Source: Verrucomicrobiota bacterium (GTDB lineage Bacteria; Verrucomicrobiota; Verrucomicrobiia; Opitutales; Opitutaceae). Taken from it: a DNA stretch of 64,000 nucleotides. The first letter of the stretch is position 1. Each line of letters starts with the position of its first letter. The stretch is from positions 13,179 through 77,178 of the forward strand of contig JAUWBD010000002.1 of assembly GCA_030605125.1 (NCBI GenBank), given 5' to 3'. Below the pieces are notes generated by a model that was not told the origin of the DNA, did no database searches, and saw only the letters and a list, made by a program, of their open reading frames with translations. A program made the translations under genes and the position numbers. Shown piece after piece: positions 48,501 through 56,245 of the stretch.

Positions 48501-49231
48501 CGCTCGTCCTCGTCGGCTCGCTCGGCTCCGGCCCCGTGTCCGTCGCCGCCGGCGCGGCCTTCGGCGGCGGAGGCGGCCTCGGCGGCAACCTCACGCTCGC
48601 CTCCGGCTCCACGCTCTTGCTCGGCGTCGCCCCCGGCTCCACCCGCGGCCCCGCGGTCGGCGGCGCCGCCACGCTCAACGGCACGATCACCGTTTCCCCG
48701 CGTCTTCTCGGCGCCTCGCTCGCCCCGGGCGTGTATCCGATTCTCACCTACAACGGGGCGCTGGCCGGCTCGCCCACCCTGCTCTGGTCCGATCCCACCG
48801 GCTCGGGCCTGGTCGCGAGCTTCGATCACGCACAACCCGGCGAGCTCCGCGTCGTCCTCCGCACCCCGTTGCAAGTCTGGCGGCAGACCTGGTTCGACAC
48901 CGCCGACCCCACCGGCCCCGCCGCCGACACCGCCGACCCCGACGGCGACGGCCTCCCCAACCTCCTCGAATACGCGCTCGGCACCGATCCCCTCGCCGCA
49001 GACGCGCCTCATCTGATTTCCCTCACTCCCTCGTCCCTCCATTCCCTCTCCTTAACCTTCTTCCGCGCCCGCGCCGAGCTCACCTATCGGGTCGAGGCCT
49101 CCTCGGACCTCGTCGTCTGGACCGTCCTTTCCACCAACCCCGGAGTCGTCGGCGACGAGGTCACCGTCACCGACACGCAAGCCCTGTCCTCCTCCCCCCG
49201 CCGCTTCCTCCGGCTCCACGTCTCCCACTAA
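45596..49231 (+). CDS. PL4 rhamnogalacturonan lyase + Fn3 + autotransporter-associated beta-strand repeats + conserved C-terminal domain
   Basis: GDIMSL, HYYMARRGLPHIYM, RSKHYSN, LWRVGAWDGTP, GSYRGNN, YSLDCVD; QKSGAGTLTL and TKLGSGALTLTGAHTYTGATT repeats; DPDGDGLPNLLEYALG...RRFLRLHVSH. Confidence 0.85.
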   Translation: MPRFLRVLALLCALSVFIDDARLHAFGLSSTSTYFQVDTGAGLVFRVRRTDNGSNTQSAGDIMSLVWNGVEYQNQSRGSQVTSGFDYLYTGVSAVSVSAATVGNDFIKVTVSAGDLTHYYMARRGLPHIYMGTHFSTQPDIHGLVRYIFRIPQHLLPNGPAPSDIRQTTSTIESGDIFALPNGQSRSKHYSNMRLKDWAHIGATGPNVGLWMLRDDHEGGSGGPFYRSLLNQCGDDQEITYIVNYGQAQTEAFRPGILNTYTTVFTTGGPPPATVDTSWFAQMGLLGFLPPSGRGGVRGTAIANRDTAFDYTVGLANSTAQYWADADPVTGAFLREDVRPGDYTLTVYKNELAVHTASVSVAAGVITELPAITLAADPARTAPLWRVGAWDGTPLELSNGPLVTTMHPSDPRLATWTPGTFVVGQSDPATAFPCYQWTAVNGSQTIQFQLAAGQQVASTVRVGITVAYANARPRITVNNWTSSIPAISTQPGTRTLTTGSYRGNNTTYTFSVPASALVVGTNTLTLSPVSGSGGTGFLSAGYSLDCVDFFQGAATTRELPAAVSGLAVVRPPSVRRADLSWSVVAGAAGYRITRATTPSGPWTVLAANHAATTYTDAAVADASVFHYRVAANNSTGSGPFATASIALDIPPRPAAALVWTAAESALWDGAALNWREQAGAAPDFFLDGDQVRFDDSAPATSVTLVGTLRPAATVVDTAAAYAFSGAGALSGSGTLQKSGAGTLTLNNVNSLAGATTVSAGTLALGGGAALGASEVTLLSGAAFRLAGAGTTFVGSPLRLPAGASATLSSAALGNGYGGAVAGPAGSTLTLSGPVSFNVSGSAQLAAFAGVLEIPAGSQLRFSSTSGANGNGGANTHFVVHGLLNTRNASGAGGVVLGALSGSGRVEGQTNTTAGTVTYLVGGKGLDTTFSGVIANGANGAAALTKLGSGALTLTGAHTYTGATTVNAGSLVLVGSLGSGPVSVAAGAAFGGGGGLGGNLTLASGSTLLLGVAPGSTRGPAVGGAATLNGTITVSPRLLGASLAPGVYPILTYNGALAGSPTLLWSDPTGSGLVASFDHAQPGELRVVLRTPLQVWRQTWFDTADPTGPAADTADPDGDGLPNLLEYALGTDPLAADAPHLISLTPSSLHSLSLTFFRARAELTYRVEASSDLVVWTVLSTNPGVVGDEVTVTDTQALSSSPRRFLRLHVSH

Positions 49232-49253
49232 CCGGCGCTTTCCGCGCGCCGTG

Positions 49254-49266
49254 TCTTACTGTTCGA
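49254..49266. promoter_or_regulatory. Operator-like palindrome (motif A)
   Basis: TCTTAC-T-GTTCGA upstream of the CE12 pair. Confidence 0.55.
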
Positions 49267-49318
49267 TTGCCGCGCGCTCCGTCCCCGCCGCCGCTTCGCG
49301 CACACTCCGCCTACCCCT

Positions 49319-50227
49319 ATGCATCTCGCTTTCCCCCTGCGTTTGCCCGCCTGGCTGGCGTGTCTCTTCGCCGCGGCCGCCTCGCTGCTCGCCGCGCCCG
49401 CCGGCCAGCCGCTCGACGACCAGCCGGTTGAGAGCGGCTCCGGTGCCGCGCCCGCCGCCAAAGCGCGCTCCGCCACGCCCACGCTCTGGATCATCGGCGA
49501 CTCCACGGTCAAAGTCGGCACGCCCGGCCAGCGCGGCTGGGGCGATGAGCTCGCGCCGTTTTTCGATCCCGCGCAGGTCGTGCTCGTCAACCGCGCCATC
49601 GGTGGCCGCAGCTCGCGCACCTTCCTCACCGAGGGCCGTTGGGACGAGATCCTCCGCGAGCTGCGCGCCGGCGACGTCGTGATCATGCAGTTCGGCCACA
49701 ACGACGCCTCGCCGATCAACGAGGACCCGCCCGTCACCAACTCCACCCGCGCCCGCGGCACGATCCGCGGCAACGGCGACGAGACCGTCTTCGTCGAGAA
49801 AAACATCCTCACCGGAAAACCCGAGACCGTGCACAGCTACGGTTGGTATCTTCGCCACTACATCGCCACCGCGCGCGAAAAAGGCGCCGTCGCGATCGTC
49901 TGTTCGCCCATCCCGCGCAAGAGCTGGAGCCCCGAGGGCAAGATCAACCGCGCCTCCGGTTCCTACGGCCTCTGGGCGAGGCAGGCCGCCGAGCAGGGCG
50001 GCGCGCTCTTTATCGATCTCAACGAGATCATCGCCCGCGGCTACGAGAGCCTCGGCGCGTCCGCGGTGGACGCGCATTTCGCCGACCGCGGCACGCACAC
50101 CTCCGTCGAGGGCGCGCGCTTCAACGCCCGCGCCGTCATCGCCGGCCTCCGCGGCCTCGATGATAAAAACCCGCTCGCCGCCGCCCTCTCCGCCGAGGGC
50201 AAAGCCGTCGAAGCGTTTACCCCCTAA
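49319..50227 (+). CDS. Rhamnogalacturonan acetylesterase (CE12/SGNH)
   Basis: IGDSTV, RGWG, NRAIGGRSSRTF, QFGHND, DRGTHT. Confidence 0.9.
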   Translation: MHLAFPLRLPAWLACLFAAAASLLAAPAGQPLDDQPVESGSGAAPAAKARSATPTLWIIGDSTVKVGTPGQRGWGDELAPFFDPAQVVLVNRAIGGRSSRTFLTEGRWDEILRELRAGDVVIMQFGHNDASPINEDPPVTNSTRARGTIRGNGDETVFVEKNILTGKPETVHSYGWYLRHYIATAREKGAVAIVCSPIPRKSWSPEGKINRASGSYGLWARQAAEQGGALFIDLNEIIARGYESLGASAVDAHFADRGTHTSVEGARFNARAVIAGLRGLDDKNPLAAALSAEGKAVEAFTP

Positions 50228-50374
50228 ACCAACCCCTCCAGCACCGCCCTTCCTGCCGCGGCCATTGGCCGCCCATCGACACCCGCCGGCCCGGCCCCCG
50301 AGGCCGCGCCTCTTCCTCCCCGAGATGCCCATTGGGCCATCTCTTTAGTGGTTTAAACCCCAGATTTCCCGCCC

Positions 50375-51250
50375 ATGTTTTCCCTCCGCCCGCTCCTTCG
50401 TCTTCTCGCCCCGCTTTCCGTCCTCGCGACCTTCGCCTGCTTCGCCGCGCTGCCCGCCCGCGCCGCCGAGGACGAGCGTCCGGTGGTCAAGGACTCCGGC
50501 GTGGCGCCCGAGAAACCCGCCGCCGGCTCCCTGCCCACGCTCTGGATCGCCGGCGACTCCACCGTGAAGAGCAACGCCCCGCAGCGCGGTTGGGGCCAGG
50601 ACCTCGCGCGCTTCTTCGACCCGGCCAAGATCAACGTGGTCAACCGCGCCATCGGCGGCCGCAGCTCGCGCACCTTCTACACCGAGGGCCGCTGGCAAAG
50701 CATCCTCGACGAGCTCAAGCCCGGCGACTGGGTGCTCGTGCAGTTCGGCCACAACGACGTCGGCCGCCCCGACGCGTCCTCCAAGTTTCGCGGCTCGGTG
50801 AAGGGGATCGGCGACGAGACCGAGACCGTCACCAAACCCGACGGCGGCACCGAGGTCGTGCAGAGCTACGGTTGGTATCTCAAGACCATGGCCCGCAGCG
50901 CCCGCGCCAAGGGCGCCAACGTGGTGCTGCTCTCGCCCGTGCCGCACAAGCGTTTCGACGCCGCCGGCAAACACGTCCGCGGCTGGGACGAATGGCGCGG
51001 CTGGGTAGCCGCCTGCGCGCAGGCCGAGGGCGCCTACTTCGTGGATCTGTGCGAGCTCGTGTCGCGCGGATACGACCGGCTTCCGCAGGCCGAGATCGAG
51101 GCCTTCTTCGCCGACGCCCGCACCCACACGACCGAGGCCGGCTCGCTCTTCAACGCCCGCGCCCTCGTCTCGGGCCTGCGCGCGCTCCCCCGCTCCCCGC
51201 TCGACCCCGCCCTGTCCGCCGAAGGCCGCGAAGTCGCGCCCGCCCGCTGA
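50375..51250 (+). CDS. Rhamnogalacturonan acetylesterase (CE12/SGNH), tandem paralog
   Basis: AGDSTV, RGWG, NRAIGGRSSRTF, QFGHND, DARTHT. Confidence 0.9.
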   Translation: MFSLRPLLRLLAPLSVLATFACFAALPARAAEDERPVVKDSGVAPEKPAAGSLPTLWIAGDSTVKSNAPQRGWGQDLARFFDPAKINVVNRAIGGRSSRTFYTEGRWQSILDELKPGDWVLVQFGHNDVGRPDASSKFRGSVKGIGDETETVTKPDGGTEVVQSYGWYLKTMARSARAKGANVVLLSPVPHKRFDAAGKHVRGWDEWRGWVAACAQAEGAYFVDLCELVSRGYDRLPQAEIEAFFADARTHTTEAGSLFNARALVSGLRALPRSPLDPALSAEGREVAPAR

Positions 51251-51271
51251 TCGCCGCGCTCCCGCGCACGC

Positions 51272-51355
51272 TGGTGCCCGGGACAGGGATCGAACCTGCA
51301 CGCCTTGCGGCAAGGGCTTCTAAGACCCTCGTGTCTGCCATTCCACCACCCGGGC
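51272..51355 (-). tRNA. tRNA-Leu(TAG)
   Basis: Reverse complement GCCCGGG-TG-GTGGAATGGCAGACAC-G-AGGGT-CTTAGAA-GCCCT-TGCCGCAAGGC-GTGCAGG-TTCGATC-CCTGT-CCCGGGC-A-CCA; long variable arm. Confidence 0.96.
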
Positions 51356-51428
51356 ATGGGCGAGCCGCTAGCGAAGGGCCGAGCAGGCCTCGTCCGCAAG
51401 CGCCTTCCTCACCCGGAGCTTGCTCCGA

Positions 51429-51863
51429 TCAGGCCGAGGCCTCGGTGGAGTGCTTGCGCCCCGGCGCCACCGGCTTGCCGCCGCTCCCCGCGAACGGCAC
51501 CGACGTGCGCCCGCCCCCCTCCTCCTGCGCCTCCAACTCCGGGTGCAAGGCCGCCCGCACCATGCGACGGAGCGCGCGCGATGATACCCGCACATTCACC
51601 GTCCGCCGCCAAAAGCCCCGGTTGGCCGGGTGGTGGGCAAACTCCTCCGCCTCGTAAGCGAACTCACGGAAGCGGCGCAAGAGCCCCACGCTCCGCACGA
51701 AATCCGCGTCCGCCGCAAAATGCTGCGGCCAGAAAAAACCCACCAGCGGCGCCAGCCACCGCGCATGCGGGTAGAGGCTGCGCATCAACACCGCCGACTG
51801 ATACTGCTCCAGCTTCAGCCCATGTTTCTCGCAGTAGAGTTCGGCGAAGGTCTTGTCGGTCAT
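51429..51863 (-). CDS. Hypothetical protein
   Basis: MTDKTFAELYCEKHG...; balanced amino-acid composition unlike shadow ORFs. Confidence 0.65.
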   Translation of the reverse strand: MTDKTFAELYCEKHGLKLEQYQSAVLMRSLYPHARWLAPLVGFFWPQHFAADADFVRSVGLLRRFREFAYEAEEFAHHPANRGFWRRTVNVRVSSRALRRMVRAALHPELEAQEEGGGRTSVPFAGSGGKPVAPGRKHSTEASA

Positions 51864-52040
51864 TGGAAGTTCGGGGGTCGAAAGCTTGCTCACCAGACGT
51901 TTGACGGCGATCGGAAGCAGCTTACCCGCATGCAAATGCCGCACAACGGCCAAAGCCCAAAAGAGCGGTAAGCATCTTTGGGTAGGAACCTTCCCCGGGC
52001 CGATGCCGGGACTTTACCCCGCCCGCGAAGGGCGCGCCCG

Positions 52041-53174
52041 CTAGCGCCGCAAGACGAACAACTGCTCGATCACGGTGCGCAAATCTTCGTCGGGAGTGGC
52101 CACGCCTCGCACCGTGCGCACCAGGCGCCGGCCGCGGTTGGCCGCGAGCAGCTCGGCATCGGCCTTCATCACCCGCACCTCGCCCGGACGCCATCCGGCA
52201 AGCTCCGCCGCGCCCAGCCGGCGCCAGCGCAGCGGCACGCCCGTGGCGCCGAAATCGATCTCCCAACCACCCACGATCAGCTCCCCGCCCGGCTCCACCA
52301 GGCTGGGATAACGCCGCACAAAGTCGGGCTCCTTCGCCTTCGCGATTCGCACCGTGACCGCGACCGGTTGCGCCGCAAAAACCTCGTCGAGCCGGAAAAG
52401 CCCGCCCGCGCGACGCCGCGCGTAAAAGTCGAGCGGGTCGAGCCCCATCAGGTTCATGCCGTTCCACAGGCCGTGCTCGTTGCGGCTGCCGAAGCCGCGC
52501 CCGTCATACCACTCTTGGAAACGATCCGTCATGCGCAGGCCGATCTCCAGATGCAGGTGCGCGCGCTCCTTCGGGATCGTGTAGCCCCCGGCGCTGCGGC
52601 CCATGATGCCCAGCACCTCGCCGGCCGCCACCGCGCGCCCCGCGACCAGCCCCGGCTCGATCCGCGCGAGATGCGCGTAGAGCGAATACACCGCGGGCGA
52701 CTGCTCCGGATGCTCGAGCACGACGTAGCGCCCGTAGCTGCTCGCCCCCTCCCGCGCGCTCACATGCCGCACCACGCCGGCCATGATCGCGAAGACGGGA
52801 TCGAGCGCCTCGCCGCGCGCATCGCGTCGCACGGGAAACAAGTCGAGGCCCTCGTGAAACTGCCTCCCGCTGCTGCGGGTGCTGCCATAGAGCCCCGACT
52901 GCACCTCGCCCGAAACTGTGGGCTGGGCAAACTGCCCCGCGTCGGCGCCGCGCATGAAGGCGTCGTTGGGCGTGGGCCAGACGAGCTCGACCGGACGCGG
53001 CAAAACCACTCGGGCCTCCGCCGCCCCGCCGGCCGCTCCGGCCGCCGGACGGGCACGCGCCGGCGCACCCGCGGCTCCGGTCGCATCCGTCTCCGCATCC
53101 TCCCGACAACCCGCGCAAATCACGCACGCGGCCAAGGCCGCGATTCGCCACCAAGCGCCCATCCGGTCGATCAT
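52041..53174 (-). CDS. M23-family metallopeptidase (lipoprotein-like signal)
   Basis: FHEGLDLF (HxxxD) and AHLHLEIG (HxH); YGRYVVLEH, LYAHL. Confidence 0.9.
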   Translation of the reverse strand: MIDRMGAWWRIAALAACVICAGCREDAETDATGAAGAPARARPAAGAAGGAAEARVVLPRPVELVWPTPNDAFMRGADAGQFAQPTVSGEVQSGLYGSTRSSGRQFHEGLDLFPVRRDARGEALDPVFAIMAGVVRHVSAREGASSYGRYVVLEHPEQSPAVYSLYAHLARIEPGLVAGRAVAAGEVLGIMGRSAGGYTIPKERAHLHLEIGLRMTDRFQEWYDGRGFGSRNEHGLWNGMNLMGLDPLDFYARRRAGGLFRLDEVFAAQPVAVTVRIAKAKEPDFVRRYPSLVEPGGELIVGGWEIDFGATGVPLRWRRLGAAELAGWRPGEVRVMKADAELLAANRGRRLVRTVRGVATPDEDLRTVIEQLFVLRR

Positions 53175-53683
53175 TTCTGGCTTCGCTCGAGCTCGTCGCG
53201 CAGATCCTTCGAGGTGCGCACGATGTTGCGGGCCAGCTTTTCCAGCTCCTCGTCGGGGATCTCGACGTAGGTCACCAGCACGCCTTGGGCGAGCGGGCGG
53301 TCGATGCGGCGGGCGCCGACCGGCTGGCCATTGATCGTGGTCACGACGCGTTTGCCTTGGTTGGGCACGCTGAGACGGAAGAGATCGCGCGAGGCGGCCG
53401 AGGTGAACTTGAAGACGAGGCTCTTGCCGAGCTCGTTGTCCACCACGTCGCAGCCCTCGATGTCATACTCGGTGAAGTGCGCCTTCGCCTCCACCGGGAT
53501 GGCCACGCCGCTCTGGGGCAGGCGCACCATCGCGCCGGCGTTGGTCGCGTCCGCCTCGAGGAGGAAACGCACGACCGCCACGGGGTAGTTTTTCTTCTTC
53601 GTCTTCGAGGACATGCAACCCGCAGCGGAGCCGAGGACGACCAGACCGAGCAGGGGGATCAACAGCAGGCGAAGGTAGCGCAT
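53171..53683 (-). CDS. Lipoprotein with SecD/SecF head-like domain
   Basis: Lipobox AAGC; LVFKFT..LFRLSVPNQGKRVVTTINGQPVGARRIDRPLAQG resembles the SecDF periplasmic head; ATGA overlap with the M23 gene. Confidence 0.55.
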   Translation of the reverse strand: MRYLRLLLIPLLGLVVLGSAAGCMSSKTKKKNYPVAVVRFLLEADATNAGAMVRLPQSGVAIPVEAKAHFTEYDIEGCDVVDNELGKSLVFKFTSAASRDLFRLSVPNQGKRVVTTINGQPVGARRIDRPLAQGVLVTYVEIPDEELEKLARNIVRTSKDLRDELERSQK

Positions 53684-53798
53684 GGAGCCAAACTGCGCGG
53701 CGTCCAGCCTCGCTGGCAAGCCACCAAGGATGAAAGCGCGCCACACGAGTCGCGCGCGAGGTGCCGCCGCCCCTTGCCCGCCCCCGCGCCGCCGCCCG

Positions 53799-54581
53799 CT
53801 ACCCGGCGGCGGCCTCGTCCTCGCCGAGCAAGCCGAGCTGCGCGGGATCCACCCGGCCCGACAGCAGCTTGCGCAGGAAAGTCTCGCGATGCTCGACGCA
53901 GCGCCCGAGGCGCATCACCGCCTCGCGGTGCTCCTCCGTGCCGTAGCCTTTATGCTGCGCAAAACCGTAGCCCGGGTGGAGCGCGTCGAGCTCGGCCATG
54001 ATCCGGTCGCGCCGCACCTTCGCGATCACCGAGGCCATCGCGATGCAGAGCGAGCGCGCGTCGCCCTGCACCACGCCGTGGTGCGGATACGGGAAGTTTT
54101 TGAGCGCCAGCCCGTCGATCAGGATGCGCGCCTGCGATTGCGGACGGTAGGCCGCGATCTCCTCGGGCGAGGAAAACAGGTCGGGCTCGCGCGGCGGCGC
54201 GGCGAAGGAGCTGGGCGGGTAGATGCCCTCCAGCGCGCGACGCATGGCGAGCTTGGTGGCGCCGAGGATGTTCTCGGTCTCGATCTCCGCGACCGTGGCC
54301 TCGCCGATCTGGGCGTGGATCCGCCCCTCGGCCGCGAGCGCCTCGAAATCGAGATAGAGCGCGTCGCGTTCGGCGGCGGTGAGCTGTTTCGAGTCGTTGA
54401 TCCGGCGCGCGTTTTCCTCGGCCCAGCGGCTTTCGAGAAAGGCCCGCGTCACCAGCACGGCGGCCGCGACCACGGGGCCGGCGAGGGCGCCGCGCCCGGC
54501 CTCGTCCACCCCGATCAGCTCGGGATGCTCCTGCAATTGCTTCAGATCGAAGCCGCGGAGCTGACGACGTTTGGCGGGCAT
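53799..54581 (-). CDS. rnhB: Ribonuclease HII
   Basis: GVDEAGRGALAGPVVAAA, DSKQL, IDG, GDARSLCIAMASVIAKVRRD, YGFAQHKGYGT. Confidence 0.95.
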   Translation of the reverse strand: MPAKRRQLRGFDLKQLQEHPELIGVDEAGRGALAGPVVAAAVLVTRAFLESRWAEENARRINDSKQLTAAERDALYLDFEALAAEGRIHAQIGEATVAEIETENILGATKLAMRRALEGIYPPSSFAAPPREPDLFSSPEEIAAYRPQSQARILIDGLALKNFPYPHHGVVQGDARSLCIAMASVIAKVRRDRIMAELDALHPGYGFAQHKGYGTEEHREAVMRLGRCVEHRETFLRKLLSGRVDPAQLGLLGEDEAAAG

Positions 54582-54643
54582 TGGGCGGGAGGACGAAAAG
54601 GCGGACGGAAAAACGACGAGCGAAGCAGGCGCCGGGGCGCGGC

Positions 54644-55666
54644 TCAAGCGCGGGCGCCCCACTCCTGCTTGGGCGGCGGCGGCTTGAGCGGGAGCTCGTC
54701 GAGCTTGCCCGCCTCGCTCACCACCTCGTAGGCGGTGCGGAAGTGCAGCTTGGCGAAGTCGCGCAGCGCGTCGGCGCCGAGGCGGCGGATGATCTCGTGC
54801 GCCTGCGCCTTCACCGCCGAGCTCGCGCCCTTTTGCAGCGGCGCGCCGAAGCGCCGCGAGAGGCCCTGCATCTGCCGCACATACTCGGCGCGCGCGACGA
54901 TCGAGGCGGCGGCGACCACCGGGTCCTCCTCGGCCTTGGTGCGCATGCGCAGCTCGAAGCCGCTCACGCCGAGCTTGGTGAGCTCGCGTTGCACGAGCGG
55001 GTCCTCGGTGAACTGGTCGAGCAGGCCCCAGGCGACCGGTTTCTCGGCCAAGGCCTCCTGGAGGGCGCGGGCGTGCTGAAAGGCGAGGATCTGGTTTTGG
55101 CTTCGAAAGCGCGTCCCCATGAGGCTGTTGTATTGGCGCATGTCGCGGGCGTGGATGACCTTCACCACCACGCCGTGCGTGCCGCGGATCACGCGGTCGA
55201 GCTCGAGGATGCGCGACTCGGTCATCTTCTTCGAGTCCTGCGCGCCGGCGGCCCGCCAGGCCTCGATCATGCTCTTCGAGCCGATCACGGTGGCGGCGAT
55301 GAGCGGGCCGAAGAAGTCGCCCTTGCCCGATTCGTCGCAGCCGGCGTGCGTCTCGAACCAGTCGGGGTGCAGCACCTCGTCGTAGCCGAGCTTGGCCGCG
55401 CCGGTGATCTCGGGCTCGATCACCATGGTCACGAACTCCTCGGTGCCCTTGCCGGCGACGACCACCTTTTTGCTCTCGTAGCCGGTCACGTTGACCTTCG
55501 CGGCCTCGTTGCGGAAGGCGAAGCGGGCGTAGGCCACGTCGAAACGCTCCCAGCCGCGCGCGGCGAGGAGGGCGCCGAGCTTGGTCAACTGCTCGTCGGT
55601 GACCTTGAGCGTGTAGCTGGCGAGCTTTTTGGGCGCGTCGGGATCGGCGTCTTTCTTCTTGGGCAT
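54644..55666 (-). CDS. rnhC: Ribonuclease HIII
   Basis: N-terminal TBP-like domain (YESKKVVVAGKG), GCDESGKGDFFGPL, DSKK, DQF, VAAASIVAR, AKLHFRT. Confidence 0.92.
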   Translation of the reverse strand: MPKKKDADPDAPKKLASYTLKVTDEQLTKLGALLAARGWERFDVAYARFAFRNEAAKVNVTGYESKKVVVAGKGTEEFVTMVIEPEITGAAKLGYDEVLHPDWFETHAGCDESGKGDFFGPLIAATVIGSKSMIEAWRAAGAQDSKKMTESRILELDRVIRGTHGVVVKVIHARDMRQYNSLMGTRFRSQNQILAFQHARALQEALAEKPVAWGLLDQFTEDPLVQRELTKLGVSGFELRMRTKAEEDPVVAAASIVARAEYVRQMQGLSRRFGAPLQKGASSAVKAQAHEIIRRLGADALRDFAKLHFRTAYEVVSEAGKLDELPLKPPPPKQEWGARA

Positions 55667-55800
55667 TCGGGAGGCCGCGGAGTTGGCCACAGAAGGGGCA
55701 AAAAGCACAAAAGGAATCTGCGAAGGCGCCTGCGGCGCCAGTTGAAGAGGGAAGATGAAGATTAAGTTCAACCACTACCTGAGCGATCCATTCGAACCTT

Positions 55801-56200
55801 TTAAACCGCGAAGAGCGCCAAGGGCCGCGAAGAAAAAACTAATTTCAGATCAGGGCTTCGCGCTTAGATCCTAAATCTTTGGGGTGTGCTTTCGGGTGTT
55901 TCACAACCCGGTGGCGAGTCTGTCCTTCGCGATTCTTCGCGCGCTTCGCGGTTAAAAATCTGGATCCGTGTCTATCCGTGCCATCCGTGGTTAAATAAAA
56001 CCCCTGCAGGCGGCGCGCCGAGGCTCGCCGTCGAAAGCGAAGCCGAGGCTCCGCACTCCAAATTTCTAACGCGAAGAGCGCCAAGCGCCGCGAAGAAAAA
56101 CCCATGTGCAGAATCAGGCCTTTGCGTTCTTCGGCCCGTTCTTCGCGTCTTCGCGCCAAAATCCTAAATCTTTGGGGTATGCTTTCGTGTGTTTCGTGTG
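55801..56200. repeat. Nested inverted and direct repeats in an A/T-richer spacer
   Basis: 33-bp direct repeat (55805-55837 and 56068-56100, 31/33 identical); 35-bp direct repeat (55868-55902 and 56161-56195, 33/35); inverted CTTCGCG arms (55924-55956, 56127-56155); ATCCGTG x3 (55964-55995). Confidence 0.85.
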
Positions 56201-56245
56201 TTGGCAGACTGTCGCTTCGCTCGAAACGTGGTCCCTTACCCACCC

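Noticed and set aside
14506-50279. GGCCATTGGCCG..CATCGA at 14506 and 50260
   Set aside because: Only two short GC-rich palindromic matches; plausible by chance
53799-55775. Apparent 658-aa ORF ending in RNase HII
   Set aside because: The upstream part is an off-frame read of rnhC; rnhB starts at 54581
55801-56200. Possible CRISPR array
   Set aside because: Only two copies of each repeat, no regular repeat-spacer periodicity, inverted arms present, and no cas genes
55845-56243. 132-aa ORF across the repeat spacer
   Set aside because: It translates the repeats themselves (TTDGTDRHGS, AKRAKNRE) and overlaps other equally weak ORFs; no coding signal
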